Assembly (NCBI RefSeq): GCF_018350175.1
Contig: NC_058383.1
Coordinates: forward strand, 4,588,001 to 4,650,000
DNA from: Felis catus
Lineage: Eukaryota
DNA length: 62,000 nucleotides
Direction of reading: 5' to 3'
Numbering within the stretch: the stretch's first letter is position 1; every line of letters begins with the position of its first letter. Shown piece after piece: positions 25,938-38,029 of this stretch. Below the pieces are notes generated by a model, which was given only the letters and a program-made list of their open reading frames with translations, ran no database searches and had not been told where the DNA came from. The translations under genes were made by a program, and so were the position numbers.

Positions 25938-27260
25938 TGTTTCAAGGTGTCCCTGCTCCACACCCGCTTGGTGTGGCCGAGGGATCTGCAGGGACAGGAC
26001 GCTGACACCCGCCTCGATTGCAGCCGTGGAGCCACAAGCGACTGCGCGGGCCCGTCGTGGCTTCTCCTGCGTCCTTGCGGGCCGCCGTCTCCCCTGCTTG
26101 CCTGTCTGCCTTCCGCTCTCCTCGGCTGAGACCCTGTGGAGGTTACCTAACCCCCTCTTTGCTGCTTTGAATTAACCAGTGTGGTCGCAGCCCACCATCT
26201 CTATTATAAAGTCACGTGCCCCGGGTTCAATCTCTGTCTGCCTTCTACCTCGACACCCCATGTGGCCCCTCGAGGCCTGCTGTGGACTTCCCGCGGGTCC
26301 CGCAAATAATAAACTCCGCCATTTCAGTTTCCCTCCTGGCCTGTTGTCGCACCCGCTGACCACCGGTACCTGTGGTCCTTCTTAGCAAACATTAGTTTAG
26401 CAGAGTCCTGACGGTCAGCCGCAGGATCAGGACGGTAGAGTCGTGCTGGCAGCCGGCTGCCGGGGAGCCTTGGAGCTGCGAAGGGCAGGCTAACCGGCTC
26501 TCCCCGGTGGGCAGTTAGTTGGTGGGCGCAGCTTCGACCTTGGCCACTGCCCGTCCCAAAGTGCAAGCTGGGGAAGAAGCGACCCGAGTCCTCCAGGGCC
26601 TCGGGGCATTGCCCTGGGAGCTGGTTTGCGGTGCACCTGTTCACGCCCCAAGGAGGATGCCTGCCCCCGCTTCCCCACCTGGCCGTGGCTCTCAGGTCCT
26701 GTTGCATTGGTTAACGGCCAGGACATGGGTGGCCACCCCGCCCAAGTGCAGGCTATGATAGGGGGACGGAGAGACACCCCGTCCCTGACGGCTGTGCTTG
26801 CGGGTGGCACGGGGAGGCGGACTCCTAGTCCCGTGTGGTGACAAACGGCACCCTCACTCGGGGAAGGCACGGCTCCCGGCAAAGGTCGGTGTGGCCGGGG
26901 CCTGCGGTCCCTCTGTGGCTGCACACCTTTCTGCTGTCACACGACCCTGTGGGATATTACGGGTCCCACCCCTGGCACATGGTGGCACAGGATCTAGTGG
27001 TCTGATGCAAACGGTCCGAGCGCCACCTGTAAGGCCGGAGGAAGTTAGCAAGTTCATCGCGAAAGTGAAAGCCCACAGAAGTGGCCGCGGGCCGGTCAGC
27101 CTGCAGAGCAGTAACCTGCCAGAGCGCTGGGTCCAGCCCTCGAGGGCTAGGGGTCAGCCCGTGACCTGCCACCGTCACTGTTTTGGAGGGGCCGGGCAGG
27201 ACACCCCCGAGATGGACCTGGCCCTGGGGGACGGCCACTGCAGATCTTTCCAGTAACAGT
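25938..27260 (+). mobile_element. LTR plus truncated internal ERV-like sequence (tentative)
   Basis: TATAAA 26205-26210, AATAAA 26308-26313, CA end near 26391, then degenerate tRNA-Ser-like PBS TGACGGTCAGCCGCAGGAT 26409-26427. Confidence 0.45.
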
Positions 27261-27299
27261 CTTTAAGGTCAGATCAGTGGCAGATAATAGAGCATCTGA

Positions 27300-27510
27300 A
27301 ACTGCCAACTATGGCGCATTTGGAAGCTGCCAAGAGAGTAAATCTTGAAAGTTCTCATCACAAGGAAGAAAATGCAACCGGGAGTTGCTGATGCTAACTA
27401 AAAGGGGTGATCATTTTACAACATACGCATCTATCAAATCGTTGTGTTGTGCACCTGCAACTAACGTCGGCTGCCAATTACACCTCAATAAATAAATGAA
27501 AAAAAGAAAC
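27300..27510 (+). mobile_element. L1MA/L1MB 3' end fragment
   Basis: gctgccaagagagtaaatcttgaaagttctcatcacaag...acacctcaataaa plus A tail. Confidence 0.8.
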
Positions 27511-28795
27511 CCAAACTCAGTTTCACGCATCTCAAGATTCACAATATTCTCAAAGACTTTGTGCAGCAGGAGGGATTAGGAGGAGCGGCCGGCTGAGAAG
27601 CTGTTCACACGGGCTCTGAGCTGCTGCCCACCCCACACGTGGGGCAGAGGCCCGCGGCACGTGACCTTTCACCGGGACCCGGGGACCGGCAGCAGACGCA
27701 GGTGCCTTGAGGGAAGGGTAACCACCTCAGGCTCCCGATCAACCACAAGCGATTTTGCCCGAGGGAGGCCCGGCATCTAATCAGATGGTTGTGGTTCCCA
27801 CTCGATCCGCGCAGCCTGAGTAACAGGATGGCTGGTGGACCCCCGGGGCCTAACCCCAGCTCCAGAGGGGTACCGGGGCAAAACCAGCCCGGCACAGGAC
27901 CACAGGTGGCTGAGCACCGGGTGTCGGCAGACCCCACCTGCGGGCGCCTGGGTGGCTCCGTTGCTTAAACGTCCAACTGTTAATTTCAGATCACGTCATG
28001 ACCTCACGGTTTGTGGGGTGGAGCCCTGCGTCGAGCTCTGTGCCGGTGGGGGTGGAACTGCTTGGGATTCTCGCTCTTTCTCCCTCTCAAAATAAATAAT
28101 TAACTTACATCAAAATAAATTTAAAAAAAGAAAAGCCATCTGCAAGCATCTCTGAGGATCCAGGGCCTTTTCCCTGCCCAATCAGGACGGTCGAGTTTTC
28201 CGGACGCAGCTAGTGTGCTCAGTTACAAGCCTGCTGCTCCCGAGGCTACTTGGGTTGGTAAACTGGGCCCAAGAATTGCCAGCTGAGGTTTACAGCCAGC
28301 TCTGACAGACCCCAGACCAGACCCCAGAAGACGCGGTCCTACCGCTTCCTGCCCTTGGACTCCAGAGCTATGCCCCTGGGCCTGTAGCCCTTAAGCGAGA
28401 CGCCCACACAGCCCAGAGCTTGTCTATGGTTTATTCCTCCATCCGGTATTTACTAAGAACCGCCAAGTTCATAGGGTCTGAGACCTGGCTTTAAAGAGCT
28501 CACAGTATAATTGAGTGGTAAGTGAAGGAGATATTTATATTTTAGACTGCCAGTTTATTTTTAATTTTTTTTTTTTTTTTTAATTAGAGAGGGTATGAGC
28601 AGGGGAGAGACAGAGAGAGAGCTCCCGAGCAGGCTCCTTGCTGTCCGTGAAGAGCCTTGACTTGGGGCTCGAACTCACAAACCGGGAGATCACGACCTGA
28701 GACGAAATCAAGAGTTGGACACTCAACTGACTGACCTGCCCAGGCGCCCCTAGAGTGACAGCAGTTGTGATTGAGGGGGGGACGGAGAGGGGGGC

Positions 28796-29143
28796 TGTCT
28801 TAGCGTGCTGCACAGACTAGGGGGCTTCTGAACAACAGACATTGCTCACCAGACTGGAGGCCGGGAACTCCAAGATCGAGGTGCTGGCAGATCTCGTGTC
28901 TGTTGAGCACCCACCTCTTGTTTGCAAACAGCTGCTTCCTCGCCGTGGCCTCACCCGGTGGAAGGGGAGAGGGAACGTTCTGGAGCCTCCTTTATAAAGG
29001 CACTAATCCTGTTAACAAGGGCTCCACCCTCATCACCTAATTACCTCTAGAGGCCCCACCCCTAAGCCCGGCTCCCGGTGATTAGGTTTCCACGTGATGC
29101 ATTTAGAGGGGGAGGGGGAGGACAAAAACATTCTCGCTACAGC
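28796..29143. mobile_element. MLT1A-type MaLR solo LTR
   Basis: TG...CA ends; tccaagatcgaggtgctggcag, tttataaaggcactaatcc, ctccaccctcatcacctaattacct. Confidence 0.8.
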
Positions 29144-29888
29144 AGTATTTGGGTTGATCACTGAGCAACACGAGGCATTTTCACACGTGGAATGCGGAAC
29201 GAGAGGAAGTGTGCACCGGGGGCATAAGGCAGCGTGAGCAAAGGCGACGCTGAAGGCGTGGCTCGCTGCGCAAACAGAACAGCTGTAGCTCATTTTAAAT
29301 ACAAGGAGATGCACAGATCTGATGAAGTTTTGAACACCTACCTACCCATGTAATTACCACGCAGATCGAGATCTAGAACACCTCCAGTGCCCAGACCATC
29401 CCCCTGTGCCTGTGCCAACCCAGATCCTTCTCCCAGGGAACCACTATTATATCAACCAGCACAGATTAGTCTGTCATTGGCCTTTTACGTACAGGGAGGC
29501 ATTCGGTTTGCACTCTCTGTGGCTTGCTGCTTTTTTTTTTTCTTCCCAAATGTTTATTTTTGAGAGAGACAGAGCATGAGCGGGGGAGGGGCAGAGAGTG
29601 AGGGAGACACAGAATCCAAAGCAGGTTCCAGGCTCTGAGCTGTCAGGGCAGAGCCCCATGTGGGGCTTGAACCTACGAACCTCGAGATCGTGACCTGAGC
29701 CAAAGTCGGACCAACTGAGCCCCCCAGGCGTCCCCATCCCATGACTCTGCCACAAGTCGTTTGCGTCTATTCCATGTTTGTGAACATTTGCATTATTTTC
29801 AGTTGTGTATTATAAATTAAGAACCATAAACTTGTACCTTTTAGCACTCGTTTCTCTTCAAAAGGTACCGTGTGGTCAGGATTTAGAG

Positions 29889-30095
29889 CAGTTGTTCTCA
29901 ACCGAGGCTGATTGAGCCCTCCCCCCAGGTGACATTTGGCAATGTCTAATGACATTGTTTATGATCTCAACTGGGGGGGGGGGTGTGTGCAAGTGGCATC
30001 TACTGGGTAGAGACAAGGGGTGGCTGCTGAATATTCTCCAGTGCACGGCCACCAGCGAGAACCGTTCAGCTTGCGACGTCCGCAGCAGCCAAAGA
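29889..30095 (+). mobile_element. MER20 (hAT-Charlie)
   Basis: cagttgttctcaacc...gacatttggcaatgtct...tggcatctactgggtagag; lies 150 bp past the OR stop codon. Confidence 0.8.
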
Positions 30096-30243
30096 ACTAG
30101 ACTCAAGTCCGATTTTGGAGTCCTTATGACGCTGGGCTCGGGTTTGTGTCCAGCAGGTCTTGGGGAGCCACAGACGGCTCTGGGATGGTGAGGTTCCCCT
30201 CGATGGGGGAGATCTCAGGCCAGACGCCGTCTGGCACGCAGCA

Positions 30244-31221
30244 TTAGCTGACCTCGGCCCGGACGACGTTCCCTGACGTCCTGCCGCCGACCACCCGCCA
30301 CAGGGCACCCTGCACGTCCCGGTTGCGCAGCGTGTAGATGGCAGGGTAGAGCAACGGCGTGAGGTTGATGTAGACGAGCGACACCAGCTTGTCCTCCTCG
30401 AGGGAGCGGCTGCTCAGGGGTCGGGCGTACATGGCCGTGGCACAGCCATAGTGGAGCACGGCCACGGTGAGATGCGATGCCACCGTGTTGAAGGCCTTGC
30501 GGCGGCCCGCCACCCCCCCGACTCCCAGGATGACCGCCAGCACCCTGGTGTAGGACAGCAGGATCAGGACCAGAGGCAGCACCAGCAGCAGCAGGCAGGC
30601 GGCCAGCAGGACCCTCTCCTGCAGGTCCCGGTCCCCACAGGCCAGCACCAACACGGCCGGGAGGTCACAGAAGACGTGGTTGACGAGGCCCCCCCGGCAG
30701 AAGGGCAGCTGGAAGATGGCCACGGTGAGGCCCAAGGCCAGGAGAGAGCCCCCAACGCAGCAGGAGGCGAGAAGGCACCGGCAGCGCCCCGCGGTCATGA
30801 GCCGGGGGTAGCAGAGAGGGCGGCAGATGGCCAGGTAGCGGTCCAGCGCCATGGCGGCCAGCAGCAGGCACTCGGAGCCTCCCAGCGCCACGAAGAGGCC
30901 CATCTGGGCAGCACAGGTGGAGCGGGCCACCGCCTGGCCCCCCGGGGGCAGCAGGAAGCCCGCGAGCATGCGCGGAGTCAGCACCAGCGTGTAGGCCACC
31001 TCCACGGCCGACAGCGCCCCCAGAAAGAAGTACATGGGGGTGTGCAGGGCGGGGTCCCCGACGGCCAGGCCCAGGATGAGCAGGTTTCCCACCAGCGTGG
31101 CCAGGTAGAGTGGCAGCAGGAAGGCAAAGAGCAGCAGCCGCAGCCCCCGGGGCCACCCGGAGAAACCCAGGATCACGAACTCCCGCGGAGCCGTCCGGTT
31201 TGACCCAGGCCAGGGGCTCAT
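30244..31221 (-). CDS. OR10AH1: olfactory receptor, family 10-like, single coding exon, 325 aa, intact
   Basis: MSPWPGSNRT (N-glycosylation site), GN in TM1, LHTPMYFFL, MALDRYLAICRPLCY, ECL2 Cys triad (FC...FCD...LAC), SY in TM5, KAFNTVASHL, PLLYPAIYTLRN. Acceptor ccctcag|G 8 nt before the ATG (31230/31229). Symbol comes from recalled synteny with RBAK, not from an alignment. Confidence 0.9.
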   Translation of the reverse strand: MSPWPGSNRTAPREFVILGFSGWPRGLRLLLFAFLLPLYLATLVGNLLILGLAVGDPALHTPMYFFLGALSAVEVAYTLVLTPRMLAGFLLPPGGQAVARSTCAAQMGLFVALGGSECLLLAAMALDRYLAICRPLCYPRLMTAGRCRCLLASCCVGGSLLALGLTVAIFQLPFCRGGLVNHVFCDLPAVLVLACGDRDLQERVLLAACLLLLVLPLVLILLSYTRVLAVILGVGGVAGRRKAFNTVASHLTVAVLHYGCATAMYARPLSSRSLEEDKLVSLVYINLTPLLYPAIYTLRNRDVQGALWRVVGGRTSGNVVRAEVS

Positions 31222-34200
31222 GTCGGGACCTGAGGGAGGACAGGGGTGCAGGCCAGAGAGGAGGGTCGCGGTGACACACCCCTCCCAGAAACACAGGGCC
31301 CTCGCCTCTCCGGGGTTCAGCCCCCACACCCCCTCCACCAGGGACGCGGGGCGTTCTCCCCAAGCCGGCACCTGCCGCCCCCGCGAGTCCTCCAGGAATG
31401 CAGGTGTCTGCAGCCACCGTCCGCTCTCCCTCTGGCTTCCGCGGCCCGTGCTCTTCCAGGCCCCCCCACCCCCGTGCCTTCTGCACACCTCTCCACCCCC
31501 CCACCCCCCCACCCCCCCGTCCCGGGCCACCATCCAGCTGACCTCCCCGGAGGGGCCTCAGCTGCCTGGGGGAGTCACCGCCTCCAGGCCTCACGGGTAC
31601 ACCCGCAGGTGGATGTCCGCCAACCCCGTCGAACCGCCGGCTCAGGCCGATGCGGCCGCTCCTGTGCACATCCCACCGGCACGCGAGCCGCCCTTCCCGT
31701 TTAACCAGCGCGTCCTCTGCTGGGGGTGGGGGCGCTGCTAGCGCATCGAGGGCGTTTCTCCGGAGCACCGCGCCCGCCACCGCACTGTGAACCGCGGCCC
31801 TGTCCCTGACCGTCTCCTGTGTGACAGAATATCTAAAGATATTTTGATGTGGGGGCACCTGGGCGGCTCAGTCGTTAGAGCGTCCGACTCTTGGTTGCAG
31901 CTCAGAACATGATCTCGTGAGTTTGGGCCCAGCATCAAGCTCCTCGATGACGGTACGTACGGAGCCTGCTTGGGCTTCTCTCTCCCTCTCTCTCTGTCCC
32001 TTCCGCACTCACTCTGTCTCTCAAAACAAATAAACTTCAAAAACAATCAATAAAGATATCTTGATGTTTCAAGAGCCCAGAAAGAATTTGGAGGGGCATC
32101 GCGTTGATCTAGAATACTAGGTCAGTAAGGGAGCATTACACTGGGCCTGTCGGCACTAACTTAGGGGTCTTTGAAGAGCCTCAGACCAGTGCACATCTCA
32201 AAACAGCTCTTTCTAGCCAAGCCAGTGTGTGTGTGTGTGTGTGTATGTGTGTGTCTATTTGCACACGCGTGTGCAGGGCACAGTGGGTGCCTTCTGCCTC
32301 ATCACCCAGCCCTGGGGTGGCCTCAGATCACAGAGACGCCTGGGGCTGAGTAAGGAGCTTTGCTTTCTGGTCCCGTCTGTGATGCTGCCCAAGCCCCACC
32401 TTCTCCGTGGGGCTCAGATTCCTCGTCTGTCGCCCTTGATGCGACACAGGCCCTGACGCCCCAGGATGTCATTCTGCAATCCTCCCCCCCGCCCCGCCCC
32501 GGGCACGAGCCCATCCCGGAGCCCGGACGGCTCAGCGGCACAACCGGGGCCTCTGGGCTCACGTGCACCTGCACCGTCTCCGCTGTTTCACTGACCAGCT
32601 GACACGGCTTGAAGTCTTTACCCTGTGAAGCCCCAGCAGCCTCTTCAGCCCCACAGAACTGTCGTGACGACTAAGTGACATCACGGCCAGCACAAAGCGC
32701 CCAGCACAGCGGGCCCGGCGTGCGGGAGCTGTTATGGAAGGAATCGCCACCCTATCCTGTCGTGTGCTTCCTGCTGCCTGTGTGCCGGGCACGCCCTGCC
32801 CTGGCTGAAGATCTCTGGAGGGAAGCGTCGTCTGGAGACAGCAGAGAGGGAGGTGTGGGGACCGAGGCAGCAGACCCGCGTCACCTGGCCTATCTGCCCT
32901 GATTCCGAGACCCCGGAGCCTTCAGGTGTCCCGCCCCTCTGTTTCTCTTCCCCAAGGGTTCCCCCCCCCCCCGCCCATGCCCCACAGCTCTTCCCCCGAA
33001 GCCTCCCGGAAAGTCGTCCAGGGACACTGGCATCACCTCCAGTGACCCTTCGTTGGCAACGCCCCCATATTCCCTCCAAATGCCGATGGGAGGGAGGGGG
33101 CGGGATCACAATCGCTGCCGTGTGTCCAGCCCTCACGGTGTGCAGGCGAGCCGTAAACGCCCTGCGTGCACAGTATTCCTGAACATTCTCGAGACCGCTG
33201 TGAGGAGTCACGCCACCATTACAACTGATTTACAGATGGGGAGGCTGAGATCTGGGGGAGACCCACAGCATCTCCCTTAGCCAGAGGCCCCCAGGTCTGT
33301 CTGATTTCACAGTCTCTGCCCTTAAGTAAGGGGAGAGCCCGCTCTTCTCTGTGTCTGCCTTGTCTGTCGGTCCTTCCCCACCCAGACAAGGGGAAAATGG
33401 CAAGGGGACCGGAGGAGAGAGAAGGAAGCAGATGCAGAGGTGCAGAAACAGAATGAGGCCTGCGACCAGGGACAGGCAGAGGCGAGCCCGCTGAGGGCAG
33501 TGGCAGGGAGGGTGCCTCCACTCCAAGTGGTTTGCCAGACTCTGGGCCGACAGAGATAGAAATGGAGAGGGAGAGGGGGAGAGACAGAAAGGGAAAGATG
33601 AAAGGAGAGGAAAGAGAGAGAAACAGAGAGAGACGGGGTGGGGGCGGGGAGATAAAGAGAAAGGGAGAGAGAGAAGAGAAACAGAGGAAGAGTTGGAAGA
33701 GACAAAGAGAGACAGAAAAACAGAGATGGAGAGAGAGACAGGCAGAGAGAAGAGGAAAATCTCCTGTGTCCCCCCGGGCCTTCTGGACCCGAGACCCCCT
33801 CCTTGAAGGGTTTCCTCTCTCCCGCAAACATGGGCTTCACCTGGGGCTTTGCCCTCAGTCCCTGGCACCCACACCCCACCTCCCACAGCATCGCTGGAGA
33901 ATTCGAAAATTCCTTTAAAGGAGACAGCCAGACTTGGGGCCCCCCGACCCCGAATCGCAGCCTGAATTAAATTCTCAGCTCCTCGGCTGGCCGGGCGCCT
34001 TGCTCACCCCGCTAACCTGGCAGACGTGGTTCCCAGCGGTGACGCCGGAGTTTGGGCTGAGCAGGGGACCAGCGTCCTGGGTGGGAGAGGTGCCAGTTCT
34101 GACCATCACGACATAGAGCCCGCAAGCCTTATGGGCGCCCTCATCCCTCTATCTCCCGCGCACGCCTTCCCCACAAGCCTCGCGGCGGCCTGCTGCCGTC

Positions 34201-34409
34201 TCCCACTTGTCCCTGACCTTGCGCACCTGTTCCGTATCAGAAAGTCCTTCCCCACCTGGAAAGCTACTCGCTCTTCACAGCCCAGCTCAAATAGCAGTTC
34301 CTCTGTGGATACAAATTACAAAGTAGCGGCGGACTGTGGAAGGATTCTGCGGAGAATGGGGAGCAGACCTCCTGCACCACATCAATCCCCCACTTCTCCC
34401 GTGATCTCC

Positions 34410-34750
34410 ACCTCTGTTCCCAGGGACTCTCTCAGTAAGAAAAGACAGGAGTTACTTAATAGGTTTCCCAGGGCCCACTTAGGGGTCTGGCTTCCTCCAA
34501 AGCCCCGGGGCCTCATTAGTGCTCTTCTCCGTGCAGTGTGGTGCCTGAGGACCACGGTGGTCTCAGAAGGCTGGGGGCTGAGGGATGAGTGGGGGGAAGA
34601 CTTGGGAAATCTGAACTGGGGCGTCCCGGGAGAGTCTGAGACTTCTGGGCCAAGGGGACAGAGGCCGCCTCTCTGCAGGGATGGAGGTAAACTGGGACGG
34701 GGGAGGGAGGGAGTAGCCCAAAGTAGCATGGTGGACAGCTCATTGGAGAG
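34410..34750 (-). promoter_or_regulatory. candidate OR promoter/enhancer with Ebf (O/E) and homeodomain (Lhx2-like) sites
   Basis: TCCCAGGGA 34418-34426, TCCCAGGGC 34466-34474 preceded by TAATAG 34457-34462, minus-strand TAATGA-GG-CCCCGGGG at 34503-34518, TCCCGGGAG 34624-34632; 3.2-3.5 kb upstream of the OR ATG. Confidence 0.5.
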
Positions 34751-35099
34751 AGGGGAGGAAAGCGCCAGCTCTCCCGGCATTTTCCCAAAGTTTGCAATAA
34801 GGGGTGGCCAGCAGGCTGGAGATCTCGGAATGGGGTGACTGGTGTAGTGGACGCGGGTGGGCATCTTCACCACCACCACCACCAGAAAGTACCCCAAGGT
34901 GCTGAGCAACAAAACCCAACGACACAGATGTCTTCTGTTCTCATTGCCCGTTTACAGGGAAACTCACAGCATTGCAAAACGTACGGTTTTGTATCCCACG
35001 ATTCCCACTTAACATTACACACATTTTCCATTTACTACATTACACATTACACACGTTTTCCATTTACTACATAGTCTTCTTAACTATTTTAAGCATTAA

Positions 35100-35538
35100 T
35101 TTTATTTTGTATTCATTTTTTAAATGTATATATATTTTGAGAGAAACAGAGAGAGCAGGGTAGGGGCAGAGAGAGAGGGCGAGAGAGAGAATCCCAAGCA
35201 GGCTCTGTGCTGTCAGCACAGAGCCCAATGGGGGGCTTGATGTCACAAACTGTACGATGATGACCTGAGTCGAAGTCAAGGGTTGGACACTGAAGCAACT
35301 GAGCCATCTAGGTGCCCCTAATTTTTTTTTCAATATTTTTTTTTAATGTTTATTCACCCTTGAGAGACCAAGCACAAGCAGAGGAGGGGCAGAGAGAGAG
35401 GGACAGACAGAATCCGAAGCGGGCTCCAGGCTCTGAGCTGTCAGCACAGAGCCTGACACGGGGCTCGAACTCATAGACCGTGACATCGTGACCTGAGCTG
35501 AAGTTGGACGCTTCACCAACTGAGCCACCAGGTGCCCC
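35100..35538 (-). mobile_element. two tandem CanSINEs
   Basis: Reverse-strand heads end at ~35318 and ~35538. Confidence 0.9.
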
Positions 35539-36672
35539 TTTTATTATTTTTTTCAATCTGAAATACTTGTTTCAGATTTCAAAGGGTGTAAAAGAAGAGC
35601 CTGTCCCAAGAACCCTGCCTCTAAACTCATCCAGAGGCAACAGCTGTTACCCAGTCCCTGTTTCCCCTTACAGAGAGAGTCTAGGGACATGGGCCAGCAT
35701 GCACGTGTGTGCGCTATTTGCGGCTTTGAAGTGACAAAATGTTAGCAGTGTCCCAAACTGTTGTGCATATGCCCTCTCTCGGTGGGCAGATCTTGAAATC
35801 ATTCACTATCAGTGTATTTTTAGTGTATTTAACAAACACTTATGTCGTGCTTACTGTCTACCAGACACTGTTCTACGGTGACACAGAAATACTGATCCGT
35901 TCAGTCCTCACAAAACCCTATGGTGCGGGTGCCACCGTCACCCACTAAGGCCTAGAGAGGTGGAGGGACGTGCCCGCGGCCACATCTCCGGGACGGGGAG
36001 GCAGCACGCGGACGTGGCCAGCGTTTCCGGCTACTCTGCTGTGCGATCTCTGACCATCCTGCGCCACTTCCGAACGATGAACAGCGCCCTCGCTCCCCAC
36101 CGCGCCACCGCGTAGATGCCGTCATTCGTTTAACAAGACCCTGCTGACGGGTACTCGGGTGGTTGCTCGTTGTTGGCCGGTACAACCAAAACTGAGATAA
36201 ACATCCTGGTCCACGTGGTATGTGGCTTGTGTGCAAGTAATTAGATCGGTGGGTTTGCGCATCTTAAACCGTCTTGGCTGTCGCGCTGGTTACTGACATG
36301 GTCTCTCCATCGTTAGGACGGCGCTAAGCGCCTCTGCCTGGAATACGCACAAGCACCCGCCCCTCCACATCTGCACGACAGGCTGCTGTCAGATCGTTCG
36401 TCACGGATCATGCAGAAATGCGTGGTCTCCCTATCATTTTAATTTGTTCTCCATGAGTGAAGCTGACCCTCTTTTCCCATTTGTAAATGACGTTTGAATT
36501 GTTGGCACTCTTCATTCATATTCTTTCCCATTTTTTTCCTATTTGCACTATTTTTGGCACTCATATTCATATTTCCCATGTTTTTCCTATTTGCTCGTGG
36601 CTCTTAGGTTCTTATTGGCTAATAAGAACCTAAGGTTCTTACTGGCTTACAGTCAATAAGAAATCAACTTTG

Positions 36673-36881
36673 AGGGGCGCCTGCGTGGCTCAGTCGGTTA
36701 AGCGTCCGACTTCAGCTCATGTCACGATCTCGCGGTCCGTGACTTCGAGCCCCGCGATGCTCAGAGCCTAGAGCCTGCTTCCGATTCTGTGTCTCCATCT
36801 CTCTCTGCCCCTCCCCTGTTCATGCTGTGTCTCTCTCTGTCTCAAAAATAAATAAACGTCAAAAAAAATTAAAAAAAAAAA
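36673..36881 (+). mobile_element. CanSINE with internal deletion and TSD
   Basis: TSD AAGAAATCAACTTTGA on both sides; body lacks the tcgggctctgtgctgacag segment. Confidence 0.9.
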
Positions 36882-38029
36882 GAAATCAACTTTGACTGTA
36901 GGAGGAAATGTAAATCATTTTCCTGGTTTGCTGTGTCTTCTGATATTGTTTGTGATGGGTTCTGCCGTAGAGAACTGTTTTATTTCAGTGTAGTCAGGTT
37001 TATCAGTATTTTCTTTTTTAGCTTCTAGGTTGCACATCATGCTTGAAACACTTAGAAGAGAAATTATTTCTCAAATATTGGTGGTTTCTTTTTTTTTTTT
37101 TTTTAACAATTAAGTGCTTAATCGATACACAATTTACCCTGTAAGATGTCGGGGAGGAATCCAATGTTATTTTTACCAGATGTTGGTCATCATTAAAAAA
37201 ATAAACAAACATTATATGGGGCACCTGGGTGGCTCAGTCGGTTGAGCATCTGACTCTTGGTTGGCTCAGGTAATGGTCTCTCGATTCGTGGGATCAAGCC
37301 ATGCGTTCGGCTCCCTGATGCCAGTTTGGAGCCTGCTTGCAATTCTCTCTGTCTCTCCCTCTGTCTCTGCCTCTCCCCTGCTCACGCTCTCCCTCTCTCA
37401 AAACAAATGAGTAAACTTAAAAAACAAGCACTATAATAGACATATGATAGACTTACAGAAAACCACACAGAATAATGGTACAATTGAATTTTCACAGAGT
37501 GAAAAAATAGAATATTGCCAGAATTCCAGAAATCCTCCCTACCCCTACCCCACTACTGTCCTCTTTCTTCCCTAAGGGAAAATAATATATTTTTTAGCAC
37601 CTTATATTAGTTTTGCTTCTTTTTCAACCCGAAAGCACATATTCTTTTGTGTCTGGTGTCAACGAAAAACGTGCAGACATATAATTAACCATCAGCGTGC
37701 TGTTACTTGTATACAGTGAAGATCAAACCATGCACTGAGTCCTAAACAAGTAAAAAAAAAAAAAAAGGAGGGGGGAGAATGAGGATTTAATTTTAAAAAG
37801 AGGAAAAGGAAAAAGCAAACACTGCAGAGAGTCTGGGAACAGTGAACCTTGTTTGAACATTTTTGGGGGGCACACTGATTAGCTATGAACTAGCAAGGAG
37901 GTCAGAACAATCTGTCCTTACACAGGCTGATGAGTGGTATTGGGAAAAACGATTTCAGTTGTTCAAAGATTCACCAGGAAACCCTGAGATTAGCTATGGA
38001 GAATAAGTGACAAACTATCTTTCTGTAAC

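Noticed and set aside
31222..31533. 104-aa N-terminal extension of the OR in the 429-aa ORF
   Set aside because: Starts at a non-ATG codon, and a good splice acceptor lies 8 nt before the ATG at 31221; the open frame reflects GC richness.
30451..31858. 250-aa antisense and 397-aa alternative-frame ORFs over the OR
   Set aside because: Stop-poor shadows of a GC-rich CDS with no recognisable domain.
33219..33918. ORFs of ~200 aa in three frames
   Set aside because: Produced by a GA-rich low-complexity tract (33550-33760).
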